From a virus, in IMG/VR virus record IMGVR_UViG_3300008108_000034, positions 1 through 64,000 of that record: a stretch of 64,000 nt of DNA; one strand, written 5' to 3'. A model generated the notes under the pieces. It was not told the DNA's origin and did no database searches. It saw nothing but the letters and a program-made list of their open reading frames with translations. The position numbers and the translations under genes are program-made. Shown in pieces: positions 18,314 to 27,623 of the stretch (the stretch's first letter is position 1; each line of letters opens with the position of its first letter).

Positions 18314-18611
18314 AGTCATTTATGACGCTGATCAGCATGTGCTTGCTGTAATCGGAAAGGAATGCAAGGAATCGTTTCAGCTTGTTCCAAAGATGACTGA
18401 AAAAGGTGATCCGTCCTATCTTCCAAAACCCCGTATGAACGGTAAGAACTATGCTGAAGAACGCAGGGTATTGGATACATGGTACGAATACTATATCGAA
18501 ACCTATGAAGACATGTGTGCTTTCATAGAGTATTTCGCAGTCAATGAAGGGTTTGATTATAAACAATACATCAAACAGAAACAAGCAATAGAACCACCTA
18601 TAAACATATGA
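18222..18611 (+). CDS. Hypothetical protein
   Basis: 129 aa, coupled by ATGA to the polymerase gene. Confidence 0.7.
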   Translation: MQKSMMCIHSSWNQGKTFRMIPVHVDCPYNEVIYDADQHVLAVIGKECKESFQLVPKMTEKGDPSYLPKPRMNGKNYAEERRVLDTWYEYYIETYEDMCAFIEYFAVNEGFDYKQYIKQKQAIEPPINI

Positions 18612-20533
18612 ATGTAAAACACTGGGTGTATGACCTGGAGACCCTGATGAATTGTTTCATCGGGGTCTTCGAGTCTTATGCTGGAACCGAAAGAAAGGTG
18701 TTTGTGATCCATCCTCTTAAGAATGATCTGGATGAATTTCTTGTCTTTTTGGATCAATGCAAAAAGAACAAGACATGGATGTTCGGATTCAACAACATCG
18801 CATTTGACGCTCAGATTATTGAGCATATCATGCGCAATAGAAGCACCCTGAAGGGAAAATCAGCGGAAGAGGTTGCTGGATTCATTTATGCATACGCCCA
18901 GAAGACAATTGAAAAATCCAATAGCGGGGATTTCAGTGACTATCCTGAGTGGAAGTTGAGCATGCCACAAGTGGACATATTCAAGCTTAATCACTGGGAC
19001 AGTGAAGCGAAGAAATGCGGACTCAAGTGGGTTCAGTACAGCATGGACTGGTACAATGTCGAGGAGATGCCTCATCCGCACTACAAACCTGTCAATGGAA
19101 TGGATGCATTGAACAAGGTGATTGCTTATTGTATCAATGACGTATCCAGTACAAAGGCGATATTCCTGCAAGATGACATGAAGAAACAGATAAAGCTTCG
19201 TGCAAAACTGAGCAAGGAATATGGACTCAATCTGTATTCAGCCAGTGAACCGCGTATCAGCAAGGAGATGTTCATCCACTTCCTCAGTGAGAAGTTGGGA
19301 ACGGACAAGAAGTCCATAAAAGGACTGAGGACAGTTCGTGACAGCGTGAATGTCAATGAGTTAATACTTCCTTACATTGAATTCACCACACCCCCGTTTG
19401 TAAACATGCTCTGCTGGTTCAAGAAAATGAACATCAAGATCACCGAAGGTAAGATGAAAGGTCCACAGCATATCATGAAAACATATGGTGTGGATACTGT
19501 CTATGCTCTGGGTGGTATTCATGGTTGTACCAAGCCTGGCATCTACAAAAGCGACGAAACTCATGTAATAGTAACGGCAGACGTCACTAGTTTCTATCCG
19601 AACCTGGCTATCCGCAACGGTTGGTCTCCTGCGCACATACCTCAGGAACAGTTCTGTGAGTTGTATGAATGGTTCTTTGAGGAACGTAAGAAGTATAGCA
19701 AGAAGGACCCGCTGAACTACCTGTTCAAGATTATCCTGAATTCAACCTATGGTCTGAGCAAGAACAAGCATAGTTTCCTGTATGACCCTGAGCTTACCTT
19801 CAGGATCACTGTCAATGGTCAGCTTCTGTTGAGCAAGTTGTACGAAATGGTGATGCTGGCGATCCCAGATGCACAACCGATTATGCAAAATACCGACGGA
19901 TTGGAGTTTCGAATGTGCAAAAAGGACCAAGAGGTCTTTGAAAGAGTGTGTAAAGAGTGGGAGACTCTCACCAGTCTCCAGCTGGAATGCGACACCTATG
20001 AGAAGATGATCATCGCAGACGTCAACAACTATATCGCCGTGTATGGAAAAGGAAAGGAACCCAAATGCAAAGGCAGGTTTGAATGGAAAGACCTTGCGTT
20101 GCATAAGAACAAGAGTTTCCTAGTGGTTTCCAAGGCGTTATACGAATATTTTGTCAACGGGGTAAAACCTGAAGACTACCTGGAAAGCAACCAGAACATA
20201 TTCGATTACTGCGGAGGTGCCAAAATCAGGGGTGAATGGTACTTTGTACAGCGGCATATCCTTAACGGCGAATACAAAGAGGAGAAACTCCAGAAACTGG
20301 TCAGGTATTACATATCCGAGAACGGTGTCAAACTGTTCAAATGTAACCCTGACGGACGGGAAATCCAATTGGAGTCAGGACACTGGCTTCAGACCGTATT
20401 CAACCGTCATTTGGAGCAGCCGTTTGAAAAATACCGCATTGATAAAAGGTACTATCTTGACCAGATTTATCAGGAAATAGCTAATATTGAGGGAACAAAA
20501 GCATCACAGGCACAAACATCATTATTCCAATGA
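18608..20533 (+). CDS. polB: Family B DNA polymerase with 3'-5' exonuclease
   Basis: ExoI YDLE, ExoII FNNIAFD, ExoIII YCIND; motif A ADVTSFYPN, motif B KIILNSTYG, motif C NTDG. Confidence 0.95.
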   Translation: MNVKHWVYDLETLMNCFIGVFESYAGTERKVFVIHPLKNDLDEFLVFLDQCKKNKTWMFGFNNIAFDAQIIEHIMRNRSTLKGKSAEEVAGFIYAYAQKTIEKSNSGDFSDYPEWKLSMPQVDIFKLNHWDSEAKKCGLKWVQYSMDWYNVEEMPHPHYKPVNGMDALNKVIAYCINDVSSTKAIFLQDDMKKQIKLRAKLSKEYGLNLYSASEPRISKEMFIHFLSEKLGTDKKSIKGLRTVRDSVNVNELILPYIEFTTPPFVNMLCWFKKMNIKITEGKMKGPQHIMKTYGVDTVYALGGIHGCTKPGIYKSDETHVIVTADVTSFYPNLAIRNGWSPAHIPQEQFCELYEWFFEERKKYSKKDPLNYLFKIILNSTYGLSKNKHSFLYDPELTFRITVNGQLLLSKLYEMVMLAIPDAQPIMQNTDGLEFRMCKKDQEVFERVCKEWETLTSLQLECDTYEKMIIADVNNYIAVYGKGKEPKCKGRFEWKDLALHKNKSFLVVSKALYEYFVNGVKPEDYLESNQNIFDYCGGAKIRGEWYFVQRHILNGEYKEEKLQKLVRYYISENGVKLFKCNPDGREIQLESGHWLQTVFNRHLEQPFEKYRIDKRYYLDQIYQEIANIEGTKASQAQTSLFQ

Positions 20534-20724
20534 GCAAGACAATTATTGATCGAGTGGTTGAACAAATCACCGATGACATATGTAACTACAACGATACAAC
20601 AGCACTGGAGGAACTTCTGGTGCTGTTGTATAATAAAAAGACGCACGAATATTTCAAAGGTTATCTTCCCGAGGAAGAATGGGGAGATTACGATAGTTTC
20701 TCTGATATAATAAGTTTCACGTAA
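20530..20724 (+). CDS. Small acidic hypothetical protein
   Basis: ATGA overlap with the polB stop; 64 aa. Confidence 0.6.
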   Translation: MSKTIIDRVVEQITDDICNYNDTTALEELLVLLYNKKTHEYFKGYLPEEEWGDYDSFSDIISFT

Positions 20725-20735
20725 AACAAAAAGAC

Positions 20736-21116
20736 ATGTCAAAGCTGAATGACTTAAGGGATGTAATACATCTCACCGCTAGAAGAAAAGGATTCTGGGA
20801 CAATGACCGCAATCTTGGAGAGATGCTGATGTTGGTTGTAACCGAGTTATCAGAAGCGATGGAGACACATCGCAAGGACGGATCAATCATACCGATAAGC
20901 AATGAGATAAAGGAAGCGATGGCTGAGATGAGTGACGAGGAGTTCAAGGAGCACTTTGTACTTGTTGCCAAAGACACCTTTGCAGACGAGATGGCGGACG
21001 CCTTGATCAGGATCATGGACATCTGCGGGGGTTTGCATATCGACATTGACTGGCATGTCAAAAACAAAATACGTTATAACACCACAAGGGAAAGACTACA
21101 TGGAAAGCGTTACTGA
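20736..21116 (+). CDS. MazG-like nucleotide pyrophosphohydrolase
   Basis: LVVTELSEAME and ADEMADALIR..D motifs, K..YN..R...HGK tail. Confidence 0.85.
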   Translation: MSKLNDLRDVIHLTARRKGFWDNDRNLGEMLMLVVTELSEAMETHRKDGSIIPISNEIKEAMAEMSDEEFKEHFVLVAKDTFADEMADALIRIMDICGGLHIDIDWHVKNKIRYNTTRERLHGKRY

Positions 21117-21390
21117 ATCGACAACCGAATTGATCATCAAGGTCTGTGACGACCTGAAAGCCATGCTTTTGGACAAGAACATGAAGTATGGTGATTCCGT
21201 ACATCAATCGGGTCCGCTTTTCGACGTGGATCCTGTCATAGGAATCCAGTCAAGGATAAACGACAAGCTTCGCAGGATACAGAATGTCGGTATAAACAAC
21301 GATACTGAAGACAGTATAAATGATCTGATAGGATATCTCGTACACCTGAAGATCGCAATGCAGAAGAAAAGAGGAGTCCCCATCTTCTAA
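21100..21390 (+). CDS. DUF1599 / nucleotide-modification-associated domain protein
   Basis: KN..YGDS, RINDKLRRI and EDSINDLIGY motifs. Confidence 0.75.
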   Translation: MESVTESTTELIIKVCDDLKAMLLDKNMKYGDSVHQSGPLFDVDPVIGIQSRINDKLRRIQNVGINNDTEDSINDLIGYLVHLKIAMQKKRGVPIF

Positions 21391-21397
21391 AATGGAA

Positions 21398-21426
21398 ACC
21401 CCCGCAGCCAAACCAACTGCGGGGGT
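21398..21426. terminator. Terminator hairpin between convergent replication and tail transcription units
   Basis: ACCCCCGCAG-ccaaaccaa-CTGCGGGGGT perfect 10-bp stem between convergent stops. Confidence 0.8.
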
Positions 21427-21451
21427 AACTCCAAACAAACAACCCAAACAA

Positions 21452-23653
21452 TCAGGGTATTCTTACAGCACCTATTGAATTGGTGGTCTGATCATGATAC
21501 AGGTAAGTTCCTGTAGTTGCTCCAGGTGCCACAATCACAGCTGCGGCTGCAGCATAGTTCAAATAACTTGGAAGACAGTCATTGGAGATGATTGTGGAGT
21601 TTGGAATATTATTGTTTGCACCTACAGCGTTACCTAAAGCTATCACATAATTCGCAGTGTTGACTTGTGCAGCACCTGAACCAAGTGCAACCACATAATC
21701 ACCAGTGTTTCCAGCTCCAGCTAATACACCTACGGCATGAAGCTTGTCTCCAGTGTTCGCATTACCTGCGCTTTTACCTATTGCGACAACATCGACTCCT
21801 GAGTTGTTGAAACCCGCACCTTGTCCAATGAGTGTGGCGTCAGCACCTGTCTGGTTCTGACCTGCGGTTTCACCAATGGCAATCGCATCACTTGCAGTGT
21901 TACCTGATAGTGCGTTGTTACCGATTGCCACTACATCACTACCTGTGTTGTTCAATGCTGCACTGTTACCAAGTGCAACAACATCGATTCCAGAGTTCAC
22001 ACCTGCAGCATCAGTACCCAGTCCAATTACGTCATTTGCACCAGTATTGGACTCACCTGCATCTGTTCCAATGAACAACAATCCATTTGCGATTGACTTG
22101 CTGGTATCAAGAACCTGCTGGATTCCACAGCATGGATCAAGTGTGGATTCGTAAATGATGTTTGCAGCCAAAGGAATGGTTGCAGGAGCGGCACTTGCCC
22201 AAATGTAACTCAAAGGATTGATGATCGCTGCAGCATCCACAGCTGGATCATTACCAAAATCAACTGTCCTGAAATGCCAGTTGATGTCTCCAACATTTCT
22301 GAAACGCGCAAGAGTGTTTGTAGCGAGGGGAAGTGTCGGAGTAGTCGGATAGCTGGATGAGAAATAGATGTTGTTCAATTCAATTGTAGGAACTTGTCCG
22401 ACAATGGATGGTGTATACTGTTCCGCATTGATCAATCCCTGATTGAATCCGAAAGATGACGCAGTGTTGCAATATATCGTATCAACAATGTATCTCACAT
22501 TATCGCGCGCATAGATGGATATGAGGGATTTGTTCCATCCTACAAATGAACCGCTCTTGGTGAACATCGTATTTACGATCTTGCAAGCTCTGTTTTCCAA
22601 AGGACTTGTTATCGGAGAACTATCTACAATGATACCTTCTTCCAGAGTAACATTTATTGAATTTATGGATGTGTTTTGAATCAGTGCGTTGTTGCAATTC
22701 AAAACCTTCACATATGCGACATTGGGAGCAATGCTTGCGCTGACCGCAGTAACCTGATCAATGACAATATTGTCACATCCTGTTGCAGGACTTGAACCTG
22801 TCCATCCGCCTTCCTTGGCAAGGATACCGCATGTTTCAACATCACTGATGTTTATTTTGCTCACTTTCACACTTTCACACCATTCAAGACGTATACCGAT
22901 GTCAAAACTGGACAGCGTGATGTTTTCAATCATGCTGTTGGTTGTCGCACCTAGCGTTAAAAATGAGTATCCGCTTCCTTGCCAGACTCCACCGATTCCT
23001 TTTGCTGAAAAGTTCTTGAATATGATTTGGTAGTCCTTGCTGCTGTTTGCACTTGATTGATCAACAAAGTACCTATTGAAGAAATCAAACTGGTTGGTAT
23101 TCGCTTTTCTGATGTAGGCACCATTGCCGTCAATTGAAAGGAAACCTTCACCATACGAAGAAGTGGGAACAGGAAGTTCAACAGTTCTTGTCAACCAGTA
23201 ACTCTTGGGTTCTAAAACCACAGAAGTGATTGGACCTGTCCAAGAAACTACCAGATTATTGACGGTATCCTGAACTAACTTCATAGCATACCTGATCGCA
23301 GTGGTATCATAGTTATCACTTGTAGTGGCAAAACCTGTTCCATATCTGCTGTCAAGTGTTGCTTGGTTCACTCCAAGTTGTGCGAAGGTGTTTGGAGGAA
23401 CAGTTCCTTCATTTTGACAACCGAACCAGGATACGTTCAAAGGTCCATCAAACACACGAATCCAATATCCAGTGCTGCTGTTGATCGGCTTGATTCTAAT
23501 ACCTGGAATATTGGTGATTATTGAGTTGTTCACACCTCCTACCCAGCGGAAGATACCGCCACCGGTGGTGGTGTTGCTATCAAATGAACCTATTACATGT
23601 GACGCATAGGTTGTGACGTTTTGTAACGCCCAGAAATTATTGTAGAATGCCAT
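21452..23653 (-). CDS. Tailspike/fibre: pectate-lyase-like beta-helix plus C-terminal YadA-head-like repeats
   Basis: GGGIFRW...GYWIR..LNVSWFG...DTTAI start typical of tailspikes; beta-helix repeats; about nine 16-aa (V/I)AxGxxAxxxNTG repeats. Confidence 0.8.
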   Translation of the reverse strand: MAFYNNFWALQNVTTYASHVIGSFDSNTTTGGGIFRWVGGVNNSIITNIPGIRIKPINSSTGYWIRVFDGPLNVSWFGCQNEGTVPPNTFAQLGVNQATLDSRYGTGFATTSDNYDTTAIRYAMKLVQDTVNNLVVSWTGPITSVVLEPKSYWLTRTVELPVPTSSYGEGFLSIDGNGAYIRKANTNQFDFFNRYFVDQSSANSSKDYQIIFKNFSAKGIGGVWQGSGYSFLTLGATTNSMIENITLSSFDIGIRLEWCESVKVSKINISDVETCGILAKEGGWTGSSPATGCDNIVIDQVTAVSASIAPNVAYVKVLNCNNALIQNTSINSINVTLEEGIIVDSSPITSPLENRACKIVNTMFTKSGSFVGWNKSLISIYARDNVRYIVDTIYCNTASSFGFNQGLINAEQYTPSIVGQVPTIELNNIYFSSSYPTTPTLPLATNTLARFRNVGDINWHFRTVDFGNDPAVDAAAIINPLSYIWASAAPATIPLAANIIYESTLDPCCGIQQVLDTSKSIANGLLFIGTDAGESNTGANDVIGLGTDAAGVNSGIDVVALGNSAALNNTGSDVVAIGNNALSGNTASDAIAIGETAGQNQTGADATLIGQGAGFNNSGVDVVAIGKSAGNANTGDKLHAVGVLAGAGNTGDYVVALGSGAAQVNTANYVIALGNAVGANNNIPNSTIISNDCLPSYLNYAAAAAVIVAPGATTGTYLYHDQTTNSIGAVRIP

Positions 23654-23656
23654 TTT

Positions 23657-24850
23657 TTATAAGTATTTGTTGTTTAGATATAATGAGTCTGTAAGAATGA
23701 TTTTCGAGTCATCAAAGAATTCAGCATAACGGTGACGGGGAATCAAACCTCCGTACCACCTGGATGCATTGAATATGTTTCTTCCGTCATAGACTTCCTT
23801 GAACTCCCAGGTAACCACATCACTAAGTGGTGTCACCGGACAATTCACACCTGCTGGTATGCCACCTTCGGTTTTGAAGATTCCACTGTTCGGTATCCAT
23901 GGAAGATTTTCCACATATAGATGAGGATTTGGAGAACCTGTTGCAGTATGAGCGTTTGCTTCAACAACAACCATTCCAGGGGTTGAGTTTCCTCCTGTTC
24001 CTGTGATGTATAGACCATCGATCTTTGCAAAACCAGTGGCAAGTCTCATGTAAACGACAGCTCCTGTCAAAAGAGCGGTTGGATTCACAGATCCAAATGC
24101 GCTGAAGTTACGTATTTGAAGGTTGTTTACTACGTTCGGTACTCCTGCAGATGCACCAGAATCACAGTATATCCCGTACAACATCTCCACAGGAGTCCTG
24201 CACTCATAGTATGCGATGTTCTGAGCATAAAATGATTTGAAACCTATGGCTCCTGTTGCAGCTGTTGCAAGAGGTGTCATCACACAATTCTGATATGTCA
24301 CATTGTTGCATCTGGTGAAGAAATTAGCTACTGCTGGATCGACTGTTGTCTCAAATCCGATCAGTGTTATGTCTTTCGCACTGCAATCGCGTATGAATGC
24401 TCCGTTTACGTTTGCCAACATCAAACCTTTCTTGGCATTGTTGAACCTGCAGTTTTCAAACACCACGTTTGATGCATTGAACAACTGAACACAGATCATA
24501 TCAGAATACCTGCAGTCGAAGTTTATGTTCTTGAAGATGATCGAACATGATTTGTTGTCAGTGGGACTGTTCCTTTTGATCAAAGGTTGATCTGTTCCAA
24601 ATCCCGCGGAAGTGTTTGGACGTATTGTGACACCATTACCATCAATGATGAGGGTTTTGGTCAATAGTCCTGTGAAATCATCAGGTATTACCAAGGTGCT
24701 TGCAAGTTCGAGTACATCGGCTCCAACACCTGGAGCACCTGCGGTCTGCTCTATGCTGATGGTTGTATAGTCAATGTTGCTATTTGCAGTGTTTGCAACG
24801 GCATTTACGAAAGTTGTGGCGTTTGTAGCCACATATTTGTTTACAGACAT
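23657..24850 (-). CDS. Beta-helix tailspike-like protein, paralogue of the neighbour
   Basis: IIDGNG, IIFKNINF and NVVFENCRF repeats echo SIDGNG and IIFKNFS in the 733-aa protein. Confidence 0.7.
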   Translation of the reverse strand: MSVNKYVATNATTFVNAVANTANSNIDYTTISIEQTAGAPGVGADVLELASTLVIPDDFTGLLTKTLIIDGNGVTIRPNTSAGFGTDQPLIKRNSPTDNKSCSIIFKNINFDCRYSDMICVQLFNASNVVFENCRFNNAKKGLMLANVNGAFIRDCSAKDITLIGFETTVDPAVANFFTRCNNVTYQNCVMTPLATAATGAIGFKSFYAQNIAYYECRTPVEMLYGIYCDSGASAGVPNVVNNLQIRNFSAFGSVNPTALLTGAVVYMRLATGFAKIDGLYITGTGGNSTPGMVVVEANAHTATGSPNPHLYVENLPWIPNSGIFKTEGGIPAGVNCPVTPLSDVVTWEFKEVYDGRNIFNASRWYGGLIPRHRYAEFFDDSKIILTDSLYLNNKYL

Positions 24851-24851
24851 G

Positions 24852-25400
24852 TCAAATGATCTTTATGAATCTTAACACTGATATTGCAAATACGACGGTA
24901 ACAAGCACACTCATACCTATGAAATACCACTTGTACCTGTCACACTCTTTTTTTAATTTTTCCATCTTCTCAAGGTAGACACTGATCATACCTTGTAGAT
25001 TGCTTATCTCATTCTCCCGCTCTGCTATCTCCTCTTTGAGGATATCCTCCATCTTGGTATCGCGGATGTACCTGTCCACATTCCTGATCACTTCCCTGGT
25101 CTTGTGGTAGATTTTCTCATCAATAATCAACATGCCATCGGCCACTCTGATCCTGGTTCCTGACTCCAATGTAGTATCTATTTCACAATCAGATCCTACA
25201 AATATAGTGTCTATTGAACTGGAAGTGTGCACATAGACCGTATCTTTAACGGTTGTCACCACAGTGGTGTCATTGACACAGTACCCTTGTCTTACGACTT
25301 CCTTGGCAACCTCCTCAAACATCTTGCGGTCCTTCAACACCTTTTTGACAGGGTTGCAGGAAAACAGCAGAATGGACAATATCAGAAAGAATACCCTCAA
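24852..25400 (-). CDS. Unimolecular spanin-like lipoprotein
   Basis: Lipobox LLFSC (Cys15), a coiled coil and a C-terminal TM helix (WYFIGMSVLVTVVFAISVL); next to holin-like genes. Confidence 0.7.
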   Translation of the reverse strand: MRVFFLILSILLFSCNPVKKVLKDRKMFEEVAKEVVRQGYCVNDTTVVTTVKDTVYVHTSSSIDTIFVGSDCEIDTTLESGTRIRVADGMLIIDEKIYHKTREVIRNVDRYIRDTKMEDILKEEIAERENEISNLQGMISVYLEKMEKLKKECDRYKWYFIGMSVLVTVVFAISVLRFIKII

Positions 25401-25669
25401 CGTATAAAGTTCTTAAGTTTAGTCAGAATCGCATCTGGAGCAAACAATAAACCCAATCCAACAGCTATTCCCCATATGGCGTCAGACCAACCACCTTCCA
25501 TCACAATCGCTGAGAACAATGAACCAAGTATGATTACTGCACCTAACGTTGTAGTAATCAATGACTTGATTACATTACGCCATAGAATCTTCCGAAGTGG
25601 GGACTTCTGGATCGTCTTCTTTTTTTGCAACTCCTCTTGTTGGCAAGGAGCTGGGTTCATTTCCTCCAT
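25397..25669 (-). CDS. Holin-like two-TM protein
   Basis: Two hydrophobic helices (LITTTLGAVIILGSLFSAIV; AIWGIAVGLGLLFAP) and a basic tail. The start is uncertain (25669 or 25699). Confidence 0.6.
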   Translation of the reverse strand: MEEMNPAPCQQEELQKKKTIQKSPLRKILWRNVIKSLITTTLGAVIILGSLFSAIVMEGGWSDAIWGIAVGLGLLFAPDAILTKLKNFIR

Positions 25670-25898
25670 AACTCGTATTCTTATATGTGTTGCAAACACT
25701 TTGTCTAACTCTGTCTATCTCTTTTTCAAGCATGTCCACCTTGGTTTGCGTAGAGGCGTCATTTGCAAGAAGGGTTTTCACATCTCTCTTAAGTTCAGAT
25801 ATTTCCGCCCAAAGAAGTATTCCAAGTATGGTGATCAACCCTGGAGTGATATACTCCTTGACCCTGGATATTACAGGATCCTTACCGCTGTTATTCAT
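25575..25898 (-). CDS. Single-TM coiled-coil protein (holin/antiholin-like)
   Basis: TM ITPGLITILGILLWA followed by a coiled coil; first gene of the lysis/tail unit. Confidence 0.6.
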   Translation of the reverse strand: MNNSGKDPVISRVKEYITPGLITILGILLWAEISELKRDVKTLLANDASTQTKVDMLEKEIDRVRQSVCNTYKNTSYGGNEPSSLPTRGVAKKEDDPEVPTSEDSMA

Positions 25899-25921
25899 TT
25901 CTAATCAGGATACATATACAT

Positions 25922-25939
25922 TACAATAAAATTTAAGCA
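25922..25939 (-). promoter_or_regulatory. Candidate late promoter motif TGCTTAAATTTTATTGTA
   Basis: 15/18 identical to the motif at 30997-31014; both lie upstream of minus-strand late gene blocks. Confidence 0.5.
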
Positions 25940-25963
25940 TAAAAGGTCAAAAAAACAAGTAAA

Positions 25964-26431
25964 ATGAACGATATCTGCGTACCCAATTCAGTCTTGCAAT
26001 CCGAAGAGGAATTCAGGAACTGGTACTTGAGGATGACAGCCAGGCTGTTTCCACAGGTCGAGAAGGTTTATGTTTCAGAAATACCCACAGATGAAATCGA
26101 GGCTTCGATTGTGAAGACCTTTGAGAGGATTCTGTCCTGGACAAACTTCATATACAACAACGACTGGTCTGTGATTCCGTACAAAAACAAATCCGGAAGA
26201 GCGACCAAGAAATTTCTAGATGTAATCAGCACAGCTTGTAACATACTGCTGTCTTATTACGATATTGCAAAAAAATCATTTGCTAGAATGATCAACATAA
26301 ATCATTCAAACATACTGTATTACATAAGAAGACATAATGCAAGCTGCATGTACAAGGAGTATGTGCGTAACTACAATAAACTATTAATCTGCCTACGTGA
26401 TGAAGGAATTATTTCAACTATTCAGGGATAA
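25964..26431 (+). CDS. DNA-binding protein with a DnaA domain IV-like HTH
   Basis: SFARMININHSNILYYIR resembles the DnaA C-terminal (RDHTTVLH-type) helix-turn-helix. Confidence 0.5.
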   Translation: MNDICVPNSVLQSEEEFRNWYLRMTARLFPQVEKVYVSEIPTDEIEASIVKTFERILSWTNFIYNNDWSVIPYKNKSGRATKKFLDVISTACNILLSYYDIAKKSFARMININHSNILYYIRRHNASCMYKEYVRNYNKLLICLRDEGIISTIQG

Positions 26432-26987
26432 CAATCTGACACCCAATGGATATTATATTCTCCATTGTATTGAAAACAAAATCGAAATGGATCTCAGTCT
26501 TGCCTATGGGACTGAGATCCATAAACTAAAGCTTCAGGGATTCCTGGATGATAAGTCAAGTCTTACAGACAAGTCCATAAAGGTTATTACGGATGCTGCG
26601 CGTCTGGATCCAGTGAAAACAAAAGGTGGCAAAGAAGTCATACCATCTGATTTCAAAGATAACTTGTTGAAATTCAGGAATTTATTTCCAAGTACCGTTG
26701 ATGTGGGACGTCCTGTAAGAAGCACTGTGAAAGATTTGGAACCAAGAATGCTATGGTTTTTCAGAAGTTATCCTGATTATACATGGGAGATGGTGTTGTC
26801 AGCCACCGCTAAATATCTGGAATCCCAGAACGGTGATTACAGATACTGCATGACTGCGGCATATTTTATAAAGAAAGATGACAAAAACCGAAGTACATTG
26901 TCTACATTAGCTACATGGTGTGAGGCTGAAAATGATGAGGAAAAACCTCAAGCCAATCCCTTTGTAGGATTCAATAGACTCGTGTGA
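26400..26987 (+). CDS. Putative replication initiator / winged-helix protein
   Basis: N-terminal wHTH-like segment (KLKLQGFLD); C-terminal FRNLFP...WEMVLSATAKY...YFIKK helical domain. Confidence 0.5.
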   Translation: MKELFQLFRDNNLTPNGYYILHCIENKIEMDLSLAYGTEIHKLKLQGFLDDKSSLTDKSIKVITDAARLDPVKTKGGKEVIPSDFKDNLLKFRNLFPSTVDVGRPVRSTVKDLEPRMLWFFRSYPDYTWEMVLSATAKYLESQNGDYRYCMTAAYFIKKDDKNRSTLSTLATWCEAENDEEKPQANPFVGFNRLV

Positions 26988-27229
26988 CAATGAAAACAAT
27001 GATGGAGTTCATACTCAGAGTGGAAATAGAAAACGACAAAGTACAAGTGTCGTTGCATAACGTAGAGGACGTCTTTGAAGTGGAACCGACAGAGGATTCA
27101 CCCGAGGACGTCCTGAACGTTCCCGGAACCACTACTTATGGAATGGATTACGTAAGTACTTTTACTTCCGACATGGACACCATCAAATGGATAATTCCGA
27201 TAGATATCGGATTTCCTGAAGACGAATAA
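26984..27229 (+). CDS. Small acidic hypothetical protein
   Basis: GTGA overlap; 81 aa; ends at a hairpin. Confidence 0.6.
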   Translation: MTMKTMMEFILRVEIENDKVQVSLHNVEDVFEVEPTEDSPEDVLNVPGTTTYGMDYVSTFTSDMDTIKWIIPIDIGFPEDE

Positions 27230-27252
27230 GGGTCCTCCGAAGAGAACCCTTA
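27227..27252. terminator. Hairpin between convergent genes
   Basis: TAAGGGTcCTC-CGAA-GAGaACCCTTA. Confidence 0.65.
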
Positions 27253-27297
27253 AACAGTCTAACTAAAAAAACAAACGAAGCGCACTTGCAAAAGTAA

Positions 27298-27462
27298 TCA
27301 ATGCTCGCCGTAATGACAAGGCATCACCTTTGCTTTTGGATTGGTATTGGGGGTGACACCCTTGCTACCTGGAGTTGTTTGAACTGAAACTTTCTTGTTC
27401 AGTCCTACGAATGTTCCATTACTACCTGGAACCTTCTGCACTGTTGCCTTTGGATTTTTCAT
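27298..27462 (-). CDS. Small basic protein (54 aa, not in ORF track) with internal repeats
   Basis: Manual translation MKNPKATVQKVPGSNGTFVGLNKKVSVQTTPGSKGVTPNTNPKAKVMPCHYGEH; starts 2 nt after the upstream stop. Confidence 0.7.
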   Translation of the reverse strand: MKNPKATVQKVPGSNGTFVGLNKKVSVQTTPGSKGVTPNTNPKAKVMPCHYGEH

Positions 27463-27464
27463 GA

Positions 27465-27617
27465 TTACATTCCTTTTTTAACCATTCCTGCATTTTTGTA
27501 AGAGCCACCCATTTTTTTGGATGGTACAGCTTTCATGGGGACTTTGTTTTTTCCTTTGGTACCACCTTTTCCCATTAGGTTACCACCCATTCCTTTTTTT
27601 GGTTTTGTAATTGCCAT
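27465..27617 (-). CDS. Small K/G/M-rich protein (50 aa, not in ORF track)
   Basis: Manual translation MAITKPKKGMGGNLMGKGGTKGKNKVPMKAVPSKKMGGSYKNAGMVKKGM. Confidence 0.75.
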   Translation of the reverse strand: MAITKPKKGMGGNLMGKGGTKGKNKVPMKAVPSKKMGGSYKNAGMVKKGM

Positions 27618-27623
27618 TGTTTT

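Noticed and set aside
9397-20533. Inteins or group I introns in helicase, primase or polymerase
   Set aside because: Protein lengths and motif spacing are compact; no intein termini or interrupted frames seen.
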